Position numbers and translations under genes: made by a program. A stretch of 64,000 nt of DNA, taken from Octopus vulgaris. Lineage: Eukaryota. The stretch lies in assembly GCA_951406725.2 (NCBI GenBank), contig OX597820.1, positions 9,734,001-9,798,000 of the forward strand, read 5' to 3'. The notes under the pieces were generated by a model. It made no database searches. It saw nothing but the letters and a program-made list of their open reading frames with translations, and was not told the DNA's origin. Below, piece by piece: positions 39,426-54,974 of this stretch (positions within the stretch are counted from its first letter, which is position 1; each line of letters begins with the position of its first letter).

Positions 39426-40039
39426 CATACAGAATTCACTCCTTTTATATACAATGCATGGAATGCCGGAACGGGACAAAATTGTACTAATTTGGTTAGT
39501 AAAAGATAAGCATTCTACTCAGTAGGGATCAATGACCTTGCCGGAATTGGACAAAATTACATTGATTTGGTCAGTAAAAAGTAATTATTCTAATCAGCTG
39601 GGATCAGTGGCTTTAGTCATCCGATCGAAACGATAGGCCTTTCAACACCATTCATCATATAAAAGAGTTAATTTTATTTTGATAAGACACTTTGTATTTT
39701 TTCCTTTCGAAGAATAGGAAAATCTCTCAGCGACACAGAGACATCTATATGTGGTGTCTCTATCATTGTGTGTAAGCCACTTAAGCGCTTTGGGGTTTAG
39801 TGAGTTGAGCGGAATGCAAATGAGTTGTAAGGATCCAGAGAATCGTGCAGCTATCGTAAGCTCCTCTTAAACACTCGTATGTATACTAAGGTTGTTTAGT
39901 AAATGCCAGCTTTATACTAACATTCTAAAATTCTTTGGAGATAATTTGCATAGACAAATGTAAAAAAAATGTCTTTTATATCAATATTCATAAATAGATT
40001 TGGTGATTCAAACAGGAAAATAGAACTCAAAACACGAGT

Positions 40040-40069
40040 AGGTAAATAGATAGATAGATAGATAGAGGT

Positions 40070-40105
<36 letters not shown>

Positions 40106-40152
40106 AGAGAGAGTAAATAGAAAGAGAGAAGTAAATAGATAGAGAGAGGTAA

Positions 40153-40185
<33 letters not shown>

Positions 40186-40913
40186 TAGATAGATAGAGAG
40201 AGAGAAGTAAATAAATAGACAGATAAATACATAGGGAGAGAGGTAAAGAGAGAGGCAGAGAGAAGTAAAGAGATAGATAGATAGAGGTAGACAAAGAGAG
40301 AGAGAGAGAGAGAGTGAGTGAGAGAGAGAGGGAGAGGGAGAGGGAGAGGGAGAGAGTAAATAGAGAAAGAGAAGTAAATAGATAGAGAGAGGTAAATAGA
40401 GAGGCAGAGAGAAGTAAATAGATAGATAGAGAAAGAGAGATAGATAGATAGATAGATATATAGACAGACAGACAGATAGATAGAAAGATAGATAGATAGA
40501 GATATCGAGAGAGAGAGAGAGAGAGAGAGAAGTAAATAGATAGATAGATAGAGAGGTAAATAAATAGACAGATAAATACATAGGGAGAGAGGTAAAGAGA
40601 GAGGTAGAGAGAAGTAAATAGATAGATAGATAGACAGACAGATAGATAGATAGATATATAGATAGATAGATAGATGGAGAGAGAGAGAGAGAAGTAAATA
40701 GATAGATAGATAGAGAGAGAAGTAAATAGGTAGACAGATAAATACATAGAGAGAGAGGTAAATAGAGAGGCAGAGAGAAGTAAATAGATAGATAGAGAAA
40801 GAGAGAGAAATAGATAGATAGAGAAAGAGAGAGAAATAGATAGATAGAGAAAGAGAGAGAAATAGATAGATAGAGAAAGAGAGAGAAATAGATAGATAGA
40901 GAAAGAGAGAGAA

Positions 40914-40962
<49 letters not shown>

Positions 40963-40969
40963 TAAATAG

Positions 40970-41020
<51 letters not shown>

Positions 41021-41245
41021 GATAAAGAGAGAGAGGGAGAGGGAGAAGTAAATAGATAGATAGATAGAGAGAGAGAGAAGTAAATAGGTAGACAGATAAA
41101 TACATAGAGAGAGAGAGAGAGGTAAAGAGAGAGAGAGGTAAAGAGAGAGGCAGAGAGAAGTAAAGAGATAGATAGAGAAAGAGAGAGAAATAGATAGATA
41201 GATAGACAGACAGACTGATAGATAAAAAGATAGATAGATAGATAT
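40040..41245. repeat. ~1.2 kb complex (GA)/(GATA) purine-rich satellite
   Basis: Recurrent higher-order words agagaagtaaatagatag and agagaggcagagagaag; source of the 276-422 aa S/L/Y/I ORFs. Confidence 0.95.
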
Positions 41246-41777
41246 TATTAATCAACAGTTGTTTCGCTAAGTACAATGCACTAAATTCCCGGCCCTTGCA
41301 TAGTTTTTTTTTTATTATTATTATATTTCCGATAAATAATAGAAAGAAAATATATTCATAAATATATTTGAATGTCTAAATGGGATAGGATTTGCTGTGT
41401 ATGTTAATATAAGCATCAATATATTGTGTGCACGCTTGTTTATATTGAATTTTGCTGTTCCCACCGTTATTGTATTATTGTGCTGCATACTTGCCTTGTG
41501 ATGTACAGATAACAATAACCAATTTGTGCAACTTATTAAATGAATTATAGAAAAGAAGAGAGTATTCTTGTAGTGGTTATGATGTTGCATTTACGATCGC
41601 AAGGTTGAAGTTTCGATTCTCGGAGCGGGCGATTTAATTGTGTTCTTGAGTAAAACATTTCATGTTGCACCAGATCATTCGGGGTTTCTTAACACAATTC
41701 CTTATTTCGATATGAGATGGTTTTTATACATTATTGATTGCGTCTAATTCTTTGCTACTCTAGGCACAATGCCCGAA

Positions 41778-41986
41778 AGGCTGCGAGCTGGCAGAAACGT
41801 TAGCACGCCGGGCGAAATGCTTAGTGGTATTTCGTCTGCCGTTAGGTTCTGAGTTCAAATTCCGCCGAGGTCGACTTTGCCTTTCATCCTTTCGGGGTTG
41901 ATTAAATAAGTACATACTGGGGTCGATATAATCGACTTAATCCGTTTGTCTTCCCTGTGTTTAGCCCCTTATGGGTAGTAAAGAAA
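41778..41986 (+). mobile_element. SINE family B inserted into an antisense SINE B (host about 41755-42118)
   Basis: 17-bp TSD taggcacaatgcccgaa (41761-41777) / taggcacaatacccgaa (41987-42003). Confidence 0.9.
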
Positions 41987-42118
41987 TAGGCACAATACCC
42001 GAATTTTTTGGCGGCAGGTGTGGGGGAAGCCAGTCAATTAGATCGACTTCAGTATGCAACTGGTACTTAATTTATCGACCCCGAAAGGATGAAAGGCAAA
42101 GTCGACCTCGGCAGAATT

Positions 42119-43680
42119 TTGCCCAATAATGTTGTATGCCTCATTGTTTCTAGGGCTGTGGTTTGATATATTCAGTGGTGTTCTGAGATGAGGTGTGGTG
42201 TTATGTTGTGTTGTCCTTAGTGTTTTTATGTCTAATTTCTTGGCACGTTTAATTCCATCGTCTATAAGTGAGGGCGGATATTGTCTTTCACTTAGTGTTA
42301 TTTTGGGGTCTTGAAGACGAAGGTCCCAAGTAGTTCTATCAGACACTATTGTGCAAATCCTTTTTGCCAAATTAAAGGGGATGTTTATTTTGACGTGTTT
42401 CGGGTGGCATGAGCTAAAACGGAGATATTGTTTCGAGTTCGTTGGTTTATGACAGATGTCAGTTATAATTTGGTTGTTAACTTTTTTAAATCATAATATC
42501 CAAAAATGGGAGCTGTTCTTTGCTATATTCCATTGTGAATTGAATGTTACTACTTATATCATTTAGTGTTGGCTTGAAGTCCAAAAGTTTGTCAATGGTC
42601 TCCTTTCAAATGGTAAAACAGTCATCCAGGTATCTTTTCCCAGTTTTCTTTTATGTAATGGTGAAATGGGTAACCATATTTTTGAAATGACACTTCATAT
42701 ATGGTGAATTCAAAATAACCCATTAACAGGTTCGCAAGAACAGGGGCTGCTTTCGTTCCCATCGCAATTCCACATTTTTGACGATAGTAGGTGTCATCAA
42801 ATAGGAAATAATTGTTCTGAAGAACAAATGTTAAAGATTCAATTATAAAGATCTGATTTATGCGTTCTGGGAGTACTTCGGAGAACTTTTCCAACCAGAA
42901 TTTGATTGCTTTTATTCCATAGTCATAGGGGATGTTGGTGTAAAGATTGATAACATCGAGGGTGACCAATACTGCCTCTTCATTAATCGTTTTTGGTAGG
43001 TGTTCTAACATGTCTAAATCATCCCTAATGAAGCTTTTGATGTATTTCAGCAAGGGTTTCAGTAGGATGTCTATAAAATTGCTTAGGCGGTGGGTTTCAC
43101 AGGCCGGCCCAGCTACAATGAGTCTTAAAGTCAAGTCTTCTGGCGTTTAGATATTTATATATTTGCCTGGTGATTGTTTGCAGGCTTCATTGATTATCTT
43201 GCTCTTGTGTATTTTAGGGAGGCCGTAAAAAAAAAGACTAGGCTTACATTTGAAGTTCGTGATGTAGTCTGTTTCTTTTCCTGTCAGGCCTTTTCCATGT
43301 AGAAGAATTAAGGATGCAAGGTTTTTTCATTGTTTTTTTGTTGCTTATAGTTTACAACTTTTTCGTAGAAGGCATCGTTTTCTAGTATGGATAACACTAG
43401 GTTTTTATAGTATTCTGTGTCCATCAGAACTACAGCACTTCCTTTGTCTGCTTCTTTAATTGTCAGGTCTTTGTTATTTTGTAGTTCAATTTGATTTTTC
43501 CATACTAGATTGTTGAGGTTCGAATTAATTTTTCGTTTATGGAAAGTATATGGGAAATTTTGGATATGGTCGCAGAAGTCATCCAGTGTTTTATGCCTAC
43601 CTTTATGTGGATAGTAATTACTTCAGTTTTTAACCAGTGACTCATTTTCGTTGTTGTAGTCAGTTATTTAATTTAGTGAT
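42119..43680 (-). pseudogene. Penelope-like element reverse transcriptase, frameshifted
   Basis: IKEADKGSAVVLMD, PKIHK, LRLIVAGP, LVTLDVINLYTNIP, YRQKCGIAMGTKAAPVLANL, (R)YLDDCF, HPKHVKINIP..LAKRICTIVSD. Confidence 0.92.
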
Positions 43681-43690
43681 TTAAAAATAA

Positions 43691-44085
43691 TCTTTATATA
43701 TAAAAGAGAGGTTGTGTGCTGTCTGTCTCCTACGATTTAGATTCCTAACTACTCCCACATTTTGCGGTGCAGTTTAACCAAAACCGGGTATCTTATAGAC
43801 GTGATTCATATCGAGCCCTTCTGGGTATTAGCGCGCGTCTACGATGAGTCTACGATTTAAAAAAAAATTTACCATCAATTTTTCCCATTTTTAATGCATT
43901 TTTGGCATTTATAAGAGAAGTAACTCTCTAAAAATTTATTATTAAATCTCAGAACGTAAAAAGCTACAGTAACACCCCCTCTTTGTGATTAGCCAGATTT
44001 TGATGGCTATTATACTTTACATCTCTAAAAATGCTTATATAGTTATTTCCCTTACAAACCCGAGCAACGCGGGCGATACTGCTAG
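43691..44085 (+). mobile_element. Non-autonomous Helitron, complete
   Basis: a|TCtttatatataaaag ... cccg-agcaacg-cggg hairpin ... CTAG|t; inserted between A and T with no TSD. Confidence 0.88.
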
Positions 44086-44096
44086 TATTTATTATA

Positions 44097-44368
44097 AATT
44101 CCCGGGCGACGCTTTGTGTCTTTGATTGAGTAAGACACTTTATATCATGTTGCTCAAGTCCACACAGCTGGCAAAAATGAGTAGTACCTGTATTCCAAAA
44201 GGGCCAGCCTTGTCACACTCTGTGCCACGCTGAATGTGACTTAGAACTATGTTAAGGATACACAGGTGTCTGCGCAATGCCCAGCCACTTGCACGTTAAT
44301 TTCACGAGCAAGCTGTTCCGTTGATCGTATCAGCTGGGACCTTCGTCGTCGTAACCGACGGAGTGCTC
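44097..44368 (+). mobile_element. SINE family C-related copy (body and tail)
   Basis: gagtaagacactttat...gtacctgtattccaaaagggcc...cgtcgtaaccgacggagtgc; matches the 61650-61960 minus copy. Confidence 0.75.
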
Positions 44369-44418
44369 TCATATACATATACATATACATATATATAGAA
44401 ATATATACATATATATAT

Positions 44419-44805
44419 ACTCTCTTTTACTTGTTTCAGTCATTTGAAGCACCGCCTTTAGTCGAGCAAATCGACCCCGGGACTTATTCTTTGTAAGCCC
44501 AGTACTTATTCTATAGGGCTCTTTTACCGAACCGCTAAGTGACGGGGACGTAAACACACCAGCATCGGTTGTCAAGCAATGCTAGGGGGACAACCACAGA
44601 CACACAAACACACACACACACATATATATATACATATATACGACAGGCTTCTTTTCAGTTTCCGTCTACCAAATCCACTCACAAGGCTTTGGTCAGCCCG
44701 AGGCTATAGTAGAAGACACTTGCCCAAGATGCCACGCAGTGGGACTGAACCCGGAACCATGTGGTTTGTTAGCAAGCTACTTACCACACAGCCACTCCTG
44801 CGCCT
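44419..44805 (-). mobile_element. SINE family A, near full length
   Basis: Head to tail match, with a small deletion in the tail. Confidence 0.93.
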
Positions 44806-45133
44806 ATATATATAAATACACATATGTGTATGTATGTATGTATGAAATAAACCAATAAAACGAAACAGGTGGAAATGAGCGGAGGTGTATTATGAACGAA
44901 TCACTTTCTTTCTCGCCCTTTTTTTTTATATATAGATAATGTAATACTTTACAAACTAATTTTCTTTTGCGGTTTCGACTGTTTGTTTTCAGTCTTATCA
45001 AAAACAGTAATTCTATCAAACATTCAGTTTGCCACATAATGTAATATTTTTCGAAAAATAATATTTTTATTTAATTCATTTCGTCACATTTTGACTGATT
45101 GACTGGTACACTCCCCACATGCATGCATATGTG

Positions 45134-45678
<545 letters not shown>

Positions 45679-47717
45679 ATTGTGTGTGTATATATATATA
45701 TATGTGTGTGTGTGTATATATATATATATATGCGCACGCACACACACACACGCACACGCACACACATACATACACGCACATGCATATACACATTTGGGAG
45801 AGGGGTGGGAATAGGCGGGGAGAGGTAGTTGTAAATTGATGCCGGGTATCAAGTGAAGTTCAAAGTTGTTTTTTTAAAATCTTTACACACACACATACAC
45901 ACAAAAAAAACACACACAAACTTACACACACGCACACAAACACAGACAACCACACAGACAAACACAAACACACTCACATGCACCCAAACACACACACACG
46001 CGCACACACACATATATGTATGCATATGATTGCTGTGGCGTTCCGTTACAAGTGAACAGCTTGTTTAAGACGAACATGTGTTCATAACACACTCAATTCA
46101 AGAGCGCAAAAAATTCTGGGACTCCCGGTGTTTCGTCATCGTTGTGTCTCGTCAACGAAAGACACCCCACACTAATGAGTGTCACAAAATTTCAAAGCTC
46201 TTGGTTATAATTGGCGATCAACCAATAATAAATCGCCAAATGCAACGGTGAACAGCGAGATTCACGATGGGTTCCATATTGGTTCTTAATACGTTCTGGT
46301 AAATCGGAAACTGGCCAAGTGTAACTGCGATTATCACATTCACGTTCGAATCCGCTGGGATGCATTAAAACTGAATATGCCTGGGCCTCCACGAAGCATC
46401 ACATGAATGGAACACATACTTTCCAAGATATGGAAATAAAGTAGAACGAAAATATATGCACGGGGGTAGGTTTTTAGTTGTTGAATTTGTTTCAGCTGTC
46501 ACGATTAAGGCCAAAAACAAAGCTATTAATGCAAGGAGAATTTATCTTTGAATCATTCGAAGCAATCAGGAAACTATCGTGAAAAAAAAAAACAAAACAA
46601 AAAAACACCCCCATCAAAGGGAAAAAAAACTGCAAGTAAAAAGGCTGAATTTCGCTATGAATTTGGAAGTCGTCCAATCAATAGCTTTTTTGGGTTAAGA
46701 ACATCTAAAATTGATACGTATGTTAATGGATTTGACCGGCGGCAATGTGAAACACATCAACACATTAAAACTGACGAAAGAAAAGAAAAAAAAAAACCAA
46801 TACTAAAATATTAAAAGAGTTAATAATTGTTTATTTAATGTGACTGGAATTTTTAGATTTAAGAGTGAGGGGAAAATGATAGTATTTTGCGTGCTCGCTT
46901 TTTCCAAAACTAGAAACGTAAGAGAAATGAAATTATCGGAACCGATAATCCCAGACAGGTCGCGTTTTCTGTTTATGAGAAGAATATTTGCTTTTAACTG
47001 CGTGTGCTAAGAACCATGGTAAAAGTTATTTCCATGACTTTTTTTAATGGATATTTTAAAAGAAAAAAACCCCTGAATGTCATGTAGCCAATTTCCATCA
47101 GTGGTACATAAATACGAATGTAGTGTCCTTATAAGTATTATGTACGGAAGCTTATTTTTTTCCAAGGTGAGGAAAATATTTTATCGATACGATGTAATAT
47201 CTGGATCGAATTCATGATCCAGAAATTAGGATGATATCTTGAAGTCACCAATAACGTTTTCTTTTTAAAGCAAATGCTTCAAGAAATAAGAAGAACAGGA
47301 TATTGAAACGTTCGTACTTACAAGATCATAAGCAAGTAATTTGTTATAATAATATTTTCAATAGTAAACAATACGGTAATAAACGAGTTTTAGTTAGCCA
47401 TAGAGTTGGCTTACTCATCGATTCTTTGCGATGCTGTATCGCAAGATGAGGGACTCTCAACGTGGTCACTTGGTCTATTAGAAAGTATAGCCAAACTTCC
47501 GCAAATCGAACTCTCCAAGATGTATTTCAAAACGTGTAGAAGAGTCAACTTATTTATTGAAAATGAAGGACGACACTTTCAACATCTCTTATAAAGTTTT
47601 TTAAAGTCTTGTAAAGTCTAATATATTCCTTTGTCTTTTATGCCATCTTATAAATATTTATTTAGCAATAAAATACTTACTGCGGAGAGATTTTTGAACA
47701 CCCTGTGTGTGTGTGTT

Positions 47718-47760
<43 letters not shown>

Positions 47761-47766
<6 letters not shown>

Positions 47767-48060
47767 ATATTTCGGAATGGTCATATTGCCAGTTTAGCCA
47801 ATAAAAACACACGCACTATATATTTGGTGTTATTTTTCTTCAGTGATATTTATTTTTTACATTAATCTTAATCTTATTTCGGCCAAAGTTCTTTCGTCAC
47901 ACTCCTGTGACCGCATCAGTGGTCCTTTGTTTTCTTCTCACTTACTTGTGTCTCTCCTTACTAACCGTCAGCCATTTTAATATGACCATTCCGAAATATA
48001 ACAATATCTGTTTCAACACACGACTTCACATAAAAAATCTTGCACAACAAATATTTAAAC

Positions 48061-48062
<2 letters not shown>
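47761..48062. mobile_element. Penelope pLTR-like remnant: 27-bp inverted repeats around a hammerhead-like motif (family H2)
   Basis: 47761-47787 is the exact reverse complement of 47979-48005; motif at 47881-47925; (TA)n on both sides. Confidence 0.6.
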
Positions 48063-48105
<43 letters not shown>

Positions 48106-48677
48106 TAAAGCAACAATCTGGTCATCTTTACTCACACACACACACGCGCGCACACACGTACACACGGCAGGGGGAGTAATCTCGATACTTGTAATGGTTG
48201 TTTCTCACCTCGAGAACAAAACTGCGTTCCATCATCGTTATGTGTTGTTTTCAATATATTTTCACTTTACGTAGGTTTAGCCGAAGAGAGCCATACGATG
48301 TTTGTCTTTGAAATAAGATTGGTTTTACTTTTGTCTTTTTACTTTTACAGAGAAGGAAAAGATGAATGTTTAGAACCTTGAAGCAGCAGTGCCTAAGTTT
48401 CAAATTCACATTTTGGCAGCTGTTTGCTGATTTTTCTTCTGTTGGTTTTGTGTTGATCAGTATTAACTTATCTAGCACTGAGGACTAACTATCAAGCTAT
48501 CTTAAGTTTTTACCTAAAGCAGAGGAACTTTATACTTCACAGGAGATAATATATAAAGCTAAGGGGCTGACTTAATGATTCCTGGAGGTGCATAGGATCA
48601 TTTAGCATAGTTGTTATATTCTCCGAAAATTCACATAAAAATATACATACAGACATGTACGTACATATACATAAATC

Positions 48678-49071
<394 letters not shown>

Positions 49072-49274
49072 ATGTATATGTACATTTGCATACAAACATA
49101 CATGCATACATGCATACATACATACATACATACGTACATAAATACGTACATACATAAAAACATACATGCATACATACATACTTACATACATACAAGTGCA
49201 CAGTTGCTCGATTAAAGGTTAGTGCTCCAGCATGGCCGCTGTCAAATGACTGAAACAAGTAAAAGAGTAAAGAG

Positions 49275-49325
<51 letters not shown>

Positions 49326-49327
<2 letters not shown>

Positions 49328-49500
49328 GGCATTCGGCATGATAGATCGCTAGCCACTACACATTCTTTATTTTCTCTCCTTGTTTCTTTCTGTGTTCCGT
49401 TCTGTAGAAGAGCGTAGGCTCGAAACGTTAAAAACTTTTTCAGTTCTCGAGCGTTATACTAAATACATCTATGGAACTGTCTACACAACCCGTCTATCGT
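49326..49500 (+). mobile_element. Short hammerhead-like element, family H1
   Basis: Near-identical to 48828-49022; CTGTAGA A GAGC GTAG GCTC GAAAC GTT at 49402-49429. Confidence 0.7.
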
Positions 49501-49789
49501 TTAAATTTATGAGCAGGTTAGATTGTTGTATTAAGAATGCATACATAAAGCAAAACATACAAATCTGCGCATACCATAGACACATACATACATACATAAT
49601 ACATACATACATACATACATACATACATACATACATACATACATACATACATCATACATACATACATACAAACATACATACATACATAGAAACAAAGATA
49701 CAAATATACAACATACATATATACGCACATACATACATACCTACACACATACATACATACACACATACATGCACACAAATAAAACAATA

Positions 49790-49893
49790 CCCTATTGTTG
49801 ATGTTGAAATTCTAATGATGTAGCCTTGGATCTAGGTTAGAAACCGGCTCTTTCTCTATTGGCAAGAAATCTTAAAATAAAACTGAATAATGA
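49790..49893 (+). mobile_element. 3' UTR remnant of a retroelement in a (CATA)n array
   Basis: Shares gaaaccggctc and a terminal gacata(c) junction with the 3' end of the 27935-28995 element. Confidence 0.45.
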
Positions 49894-50169
49894 CATAAAT
49901 ACATACATATGGGTTAATTAGCATGTCACGGAAATAGCTCTGGAAGAAGGTTACTTACAGACACTAGAACGGACGGACCCTGGTCATATAAGGCCGTTCA
50001 GCTCTTTAGCTGCTCAAGTGAGAGACGGTAACCGCAAGCATATTCTGCATCCTGATAACTACTGGCCACGCGGCATTTGTTGTACCTGACCAATACAAGT
50101 TTGAGGGACGAGAAAATGAGACTGGGTCTACGCAAACCTTGACCACGATTTCAAAGTTTTTGCACAAGA

Positions 50170-50310
50170 CCACCAACTGGTACTTATTTCCTCGACCCCG
50201 AAAGGATAAAAAGCAAAGTAGAAACTCGGTGGAATTTGAACTCATAACGGATGAAATTCTACTAAGCATTTTCCCCCGGCATGCTAACCATTCTGCCAGC
50301 TCGTTGCCCT
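50170..50310 (-). mobile_element. SINE family B, diverged
   Basis: caactggtactta...cgaccccgaaaggat...ctgccagctcg. Confidence 0.8.
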
Positions 50311-50719
50311 AATAACATCCATCATGCAGGTTGTTTAGTAAACCAAGGTACCAACCCCCAAATCCTTACACTTTCTTCATAAGTCCGGTGGCGACTGAGA
50401 AAGAAGCTACGGGACAGGTATTGGATGCTATTTGAAATCTTAAGCTTTGACCCTGCATACAGACAAGCAAAGGGTTGTTTGTTGATTTTTAACAGTTTTT
50501 ACTGAACTCTTTCACTCGTCGAGGTGACGAACGAGAGAGTTCAGTTATGGTGGCGTCATTCGATCTTTCGATCGAGCAACAGAAAACAGGTTTCCATTGT
50601 CTTTTCAAATTGCCGATTCTATCTCTTAGTTGGCTGATCGCCCGATCGGTCGGTTGTAACTCTTGACAGAAACGTCACGGTCTTTGGATGACGGGGGTGG
50701 GATTTGAACTCAAAGCAAA

Positions 50720-51147
<428 letters not shown>

Positions 51148-51654
51148 TATACATGCGTATATTCATCTCAATTAATACCGTGTTCCTCAATACAGTAAAT
51201 TTATGCCGGCCATAACAATTTTTATGTCGGCCATAACTCTATAAACGCGAACGACATTACCCAACCAGACTCGAAATCACTGTATGAACTAGTTTCCTCT
51301 TTTGATGAGATATAATCTCTATGTGTTGGTAATGCCATGTTTATAAATAGCTTTTTACTCCAGTAATTGTATTAATATGAAATATGTTGTGAAAGTAATT
51401 CAATTGCATCGAAATGACAGCGTGAGTAATGGCTTCCAGCTATTCAGGCAACGTTTTGTTCTTCCATATTTTTTTTCCGTTTCCATAATCTCTTTACTGT
51501 TACTACTCCTCTTCTACATATGAACGTGGGAGTAGTATTAAGGCAATTATACGTGGTACTAATTGGATCATCACGATAAAGGTTAATTTTTTTTAAACAG
51601 GTTTCAGTTCCCTTCTGAAGCCTATCAGAAAATAGATCATATGGTGTTAGAAGT

Positions 51655-52335
<681 letters not shown>

Positions 52336-52484
52336 AGCCTTTAAAAAGTATACATCGTTGCTATTATGTTAAACTGTCGTATGTCCAAATTTGGCCAAAT
52401 GCGTTTCTTTCAATATTTATTTTTGCTTGCAATACCCGGTTCCTTTGGTCAAACTATCGTATCTCCAGCTGCTTCAGATGCCAA

Positions 52485-52913
52485 AATATCCTTTTCTACT
52501 TTAGGTATAAAATTTTTGGGGAGAGGGCCAGCCGATTAGATCGCCCCCAGTACGCAACTAGTACTTAATTTATCGATCCTGAAAGGATAAAAGGCAAAGT
52601 TGACCTTGGCAGAATTTGAACTCAGAACGTAACAGCAGATGAAATACCGCTAAGCATTTCGCCTGGCGTGCTAACGTTTCTTATTTCTTTATTACCCACA
52701 AGCGGCTAAACATAGAGGGGACAAACAAGGACAGACAAACGGATTAAGTCGATTACATCGACCTCAGTGCGTAACTGGTACTTAATTTATCGATCCCGAA
52801 AGGATGAAAGGCAAAGTCGACCTCGGCGGAATTTGAACTCAGAACGTAACGGCAGACGAAATACAGCTACGCATTTCGCCCGGCGTGCTAACGTTTCTGC
52901 CAGCTCGCCGCCT
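52485..52913 (-). mobile_element. Dimeric SINE family B inside a single TSD
   Basis: TSD ttcagatgccaa at 52473-52484 and 52914-52925; two B units with different tails joined at 52680/52681. Confidence 0.88.
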
Positions 52914-53779
52914 TTCAGATGCCAAGATAACAAAACTTGCCAAAGTCTGGTACAATGGTTTTGCTATGGAATGGTGAAACTATTTTTCATCTTCTGAATA
53001 AAAAGCAACGTTGTGGACTTACGACATTTTTGCATAATAGCAACGACATGAATAAACCAAAGATATGCTATCAGGCAAACAAGAGACATTTAACGTGTTG
53101 CTTTGTCACTTCACGGATGAAATCGTGTGTTCTCTTGTTTTTGACAAATCTTAGCATCAATGAAGAATGCAAAGGGTTGTACCACCAAACATCTGGTCGG
53201 CTTTGGCTGCTGGAACTGAAACTAATACGACGCTGTTGGAAGGCAGGTTTAGAGAGAGCGCTGGCTAAGATTGCGCCCTTCCCCTCCACGGGTCAGTTGA
53301 AGTTTAGACAGTGTCACGTGACAACTAGCTGGTGCTGGCTGCTGGAGCCTATCAAAGAGTATTTAAAGGGAAAATTGGCAGGATGGTCAGTCGCCCGCTG
53401 ACACTCTTTGACGCTGCGTCGAAGAGGAGAAGGAGCAGAAGAAAGAAGGAGAAAGAAGAAATGCACTCAACACCAGAGCTGAAGACACTTCCCAAAGAGG
53501 TGGGCACCACGTCGAAAACGGTAGAGGAGTAGGGGCCGAAACCAGACGTGGTTCCTTCTGATGATGTCTTTAGCCACTGGATCCTATGAAGGAGCTGTTC
53601 AGGTAGCAAACCACGAAAGGCAGTTGGAATTCCTTCTTCAACCATCTCTGCCAAAAAATGCCTTTAGAATTCTTTTTGGTTGTGGAATTCCTCCATAGTG
53701 GAGTGGTTTCTCATTCCTCCATAGATCGGAGGAATGAGAAAACCATGCTTAAGCTTTCATTTCCTTTTGTTTTTACATT

Positions 53780-53972
53780 CTTCGTTTGTTTCAATCATTG
53801 GACTGCGGCCATGCTGGGGCACCGCTTTGTGAGTATTTAGTCGAAGTAATGAACCCTAGTACTTCTCTTTAAGTCTGGTACTTATTCTATCGATATCTTT
53901 TGCCAAACTGCTAAGTTACGAGCACATAAGCAAACCAGTATTGGCTGTCAAGTAGAGATGAGGTCAAACTCA

Positions 53973-54007
<35 letters not shown>

Positions 54008-54220
54008 CTGTGTGTGTGTATGTGTGTGTGTGAGTGTGTGCGTATGAGTGTGTGTATATATGTGTGTGTGTGAGAGTGTGTGTTGGTGTGTTTGCGTATA
54101 CGGCGGGATTCCACACAATTTTCGCTTACCAAATTCACCCTCAATGCATTAGTTGACCCGGGGCATTAGCAGAAGACACATGACCAAGATGCCGTGTAGT
54201 GGGATTGAATAAGAAACCAC
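53780..54220 (-). mobile_element. SINE family A, older copy
   Basis: Colinear diverged match. Confidence 0.78.
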
Positions 54221-54552
54221 GCATCCATCCACCCATCCACCCATCCATCCATCCATCCATCTTCCCCGCCTACTATTTATAGAAGATTTCTGGCAAGTTT
54301 CTTTAAGAAACTCCTCGCTTCTTCCCAAAATTGAATGCATTTAGCTTAGATTTTTGGGGCTCACCAATGTTGAACAGCCTCAAGTGTAACAGGCCGAAAC
54401 TGTAGTGATAATTGGAATCTTGACTGATGAATAGAAAGCCACGAATGTTCTGTCCTGGTTTTCCTGTCTGTCTTGTATCGTTCATATGTCCGTATGTTTT
54501 CATTGTCATCCTTTATATTCTTGTTCTGTCTTTTTGATTTATATATGTATAT

Positions 54553-54955
54553 ACTCTCTCTCTTTTACTTGTTTCAGTCATTTGACTGCGGCCATGCTGG
54601 AGCACCGCCTTTAGTCGAGCAAATCGACCCCGGCACTTATTCTTTGTAAGCCCAGTACTTATTCTATCAGTCTCTTTTGCCGAACCACTAAGTGACGGGG
54701 ACGTAAATACACCAGCATCGGTTGTCAAGCAATGCTAGGGGGACAAACACAGACACACAAACACACACACACATATATATTTACATATATACGACAGGCT
54801 TCTTTTCAGTTTCCGTCTACAAAATCCACTCACAAGGCATTGGTCGGCCCGGGGCTATAGCAGAAGACACTTGCCCAAGGTGCCACGCAGTGGGACTGAA
54901 CCCGGAACCATGTGGTTGGTTAGCAAGCTACTTACCACACAGCCACTCCTGCGCC
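54553..54955 (-). mobile_element. SINE family A, full length
   Basis: Complete head and tail; nearly identical to 14911-15328. Confidence 0.94.
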
Positions 54956-54974
54956 TATATATATATAGCGGCGT

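Noticed and set aside
39917-41276. Long ORFs of 276-422 aa
   Set aside because: Translations of a (CT)/(ATCT) satellite that lacks stops on one strand; no real coding signal. The same applies to the many YI/CV/HT/SL ORFs.
46192-46392. Minus-strand 66-aa ORF as an extra exon of the gene
   Set aside because: No recognisable motif or clean splice pair, and the flanking exons already join in frame with domain continuity.
50501-50544. Imperfect hairpin ctgaactct...agagttcag
   Set aside because: Single short instance with no supporting family or ribozyme core.
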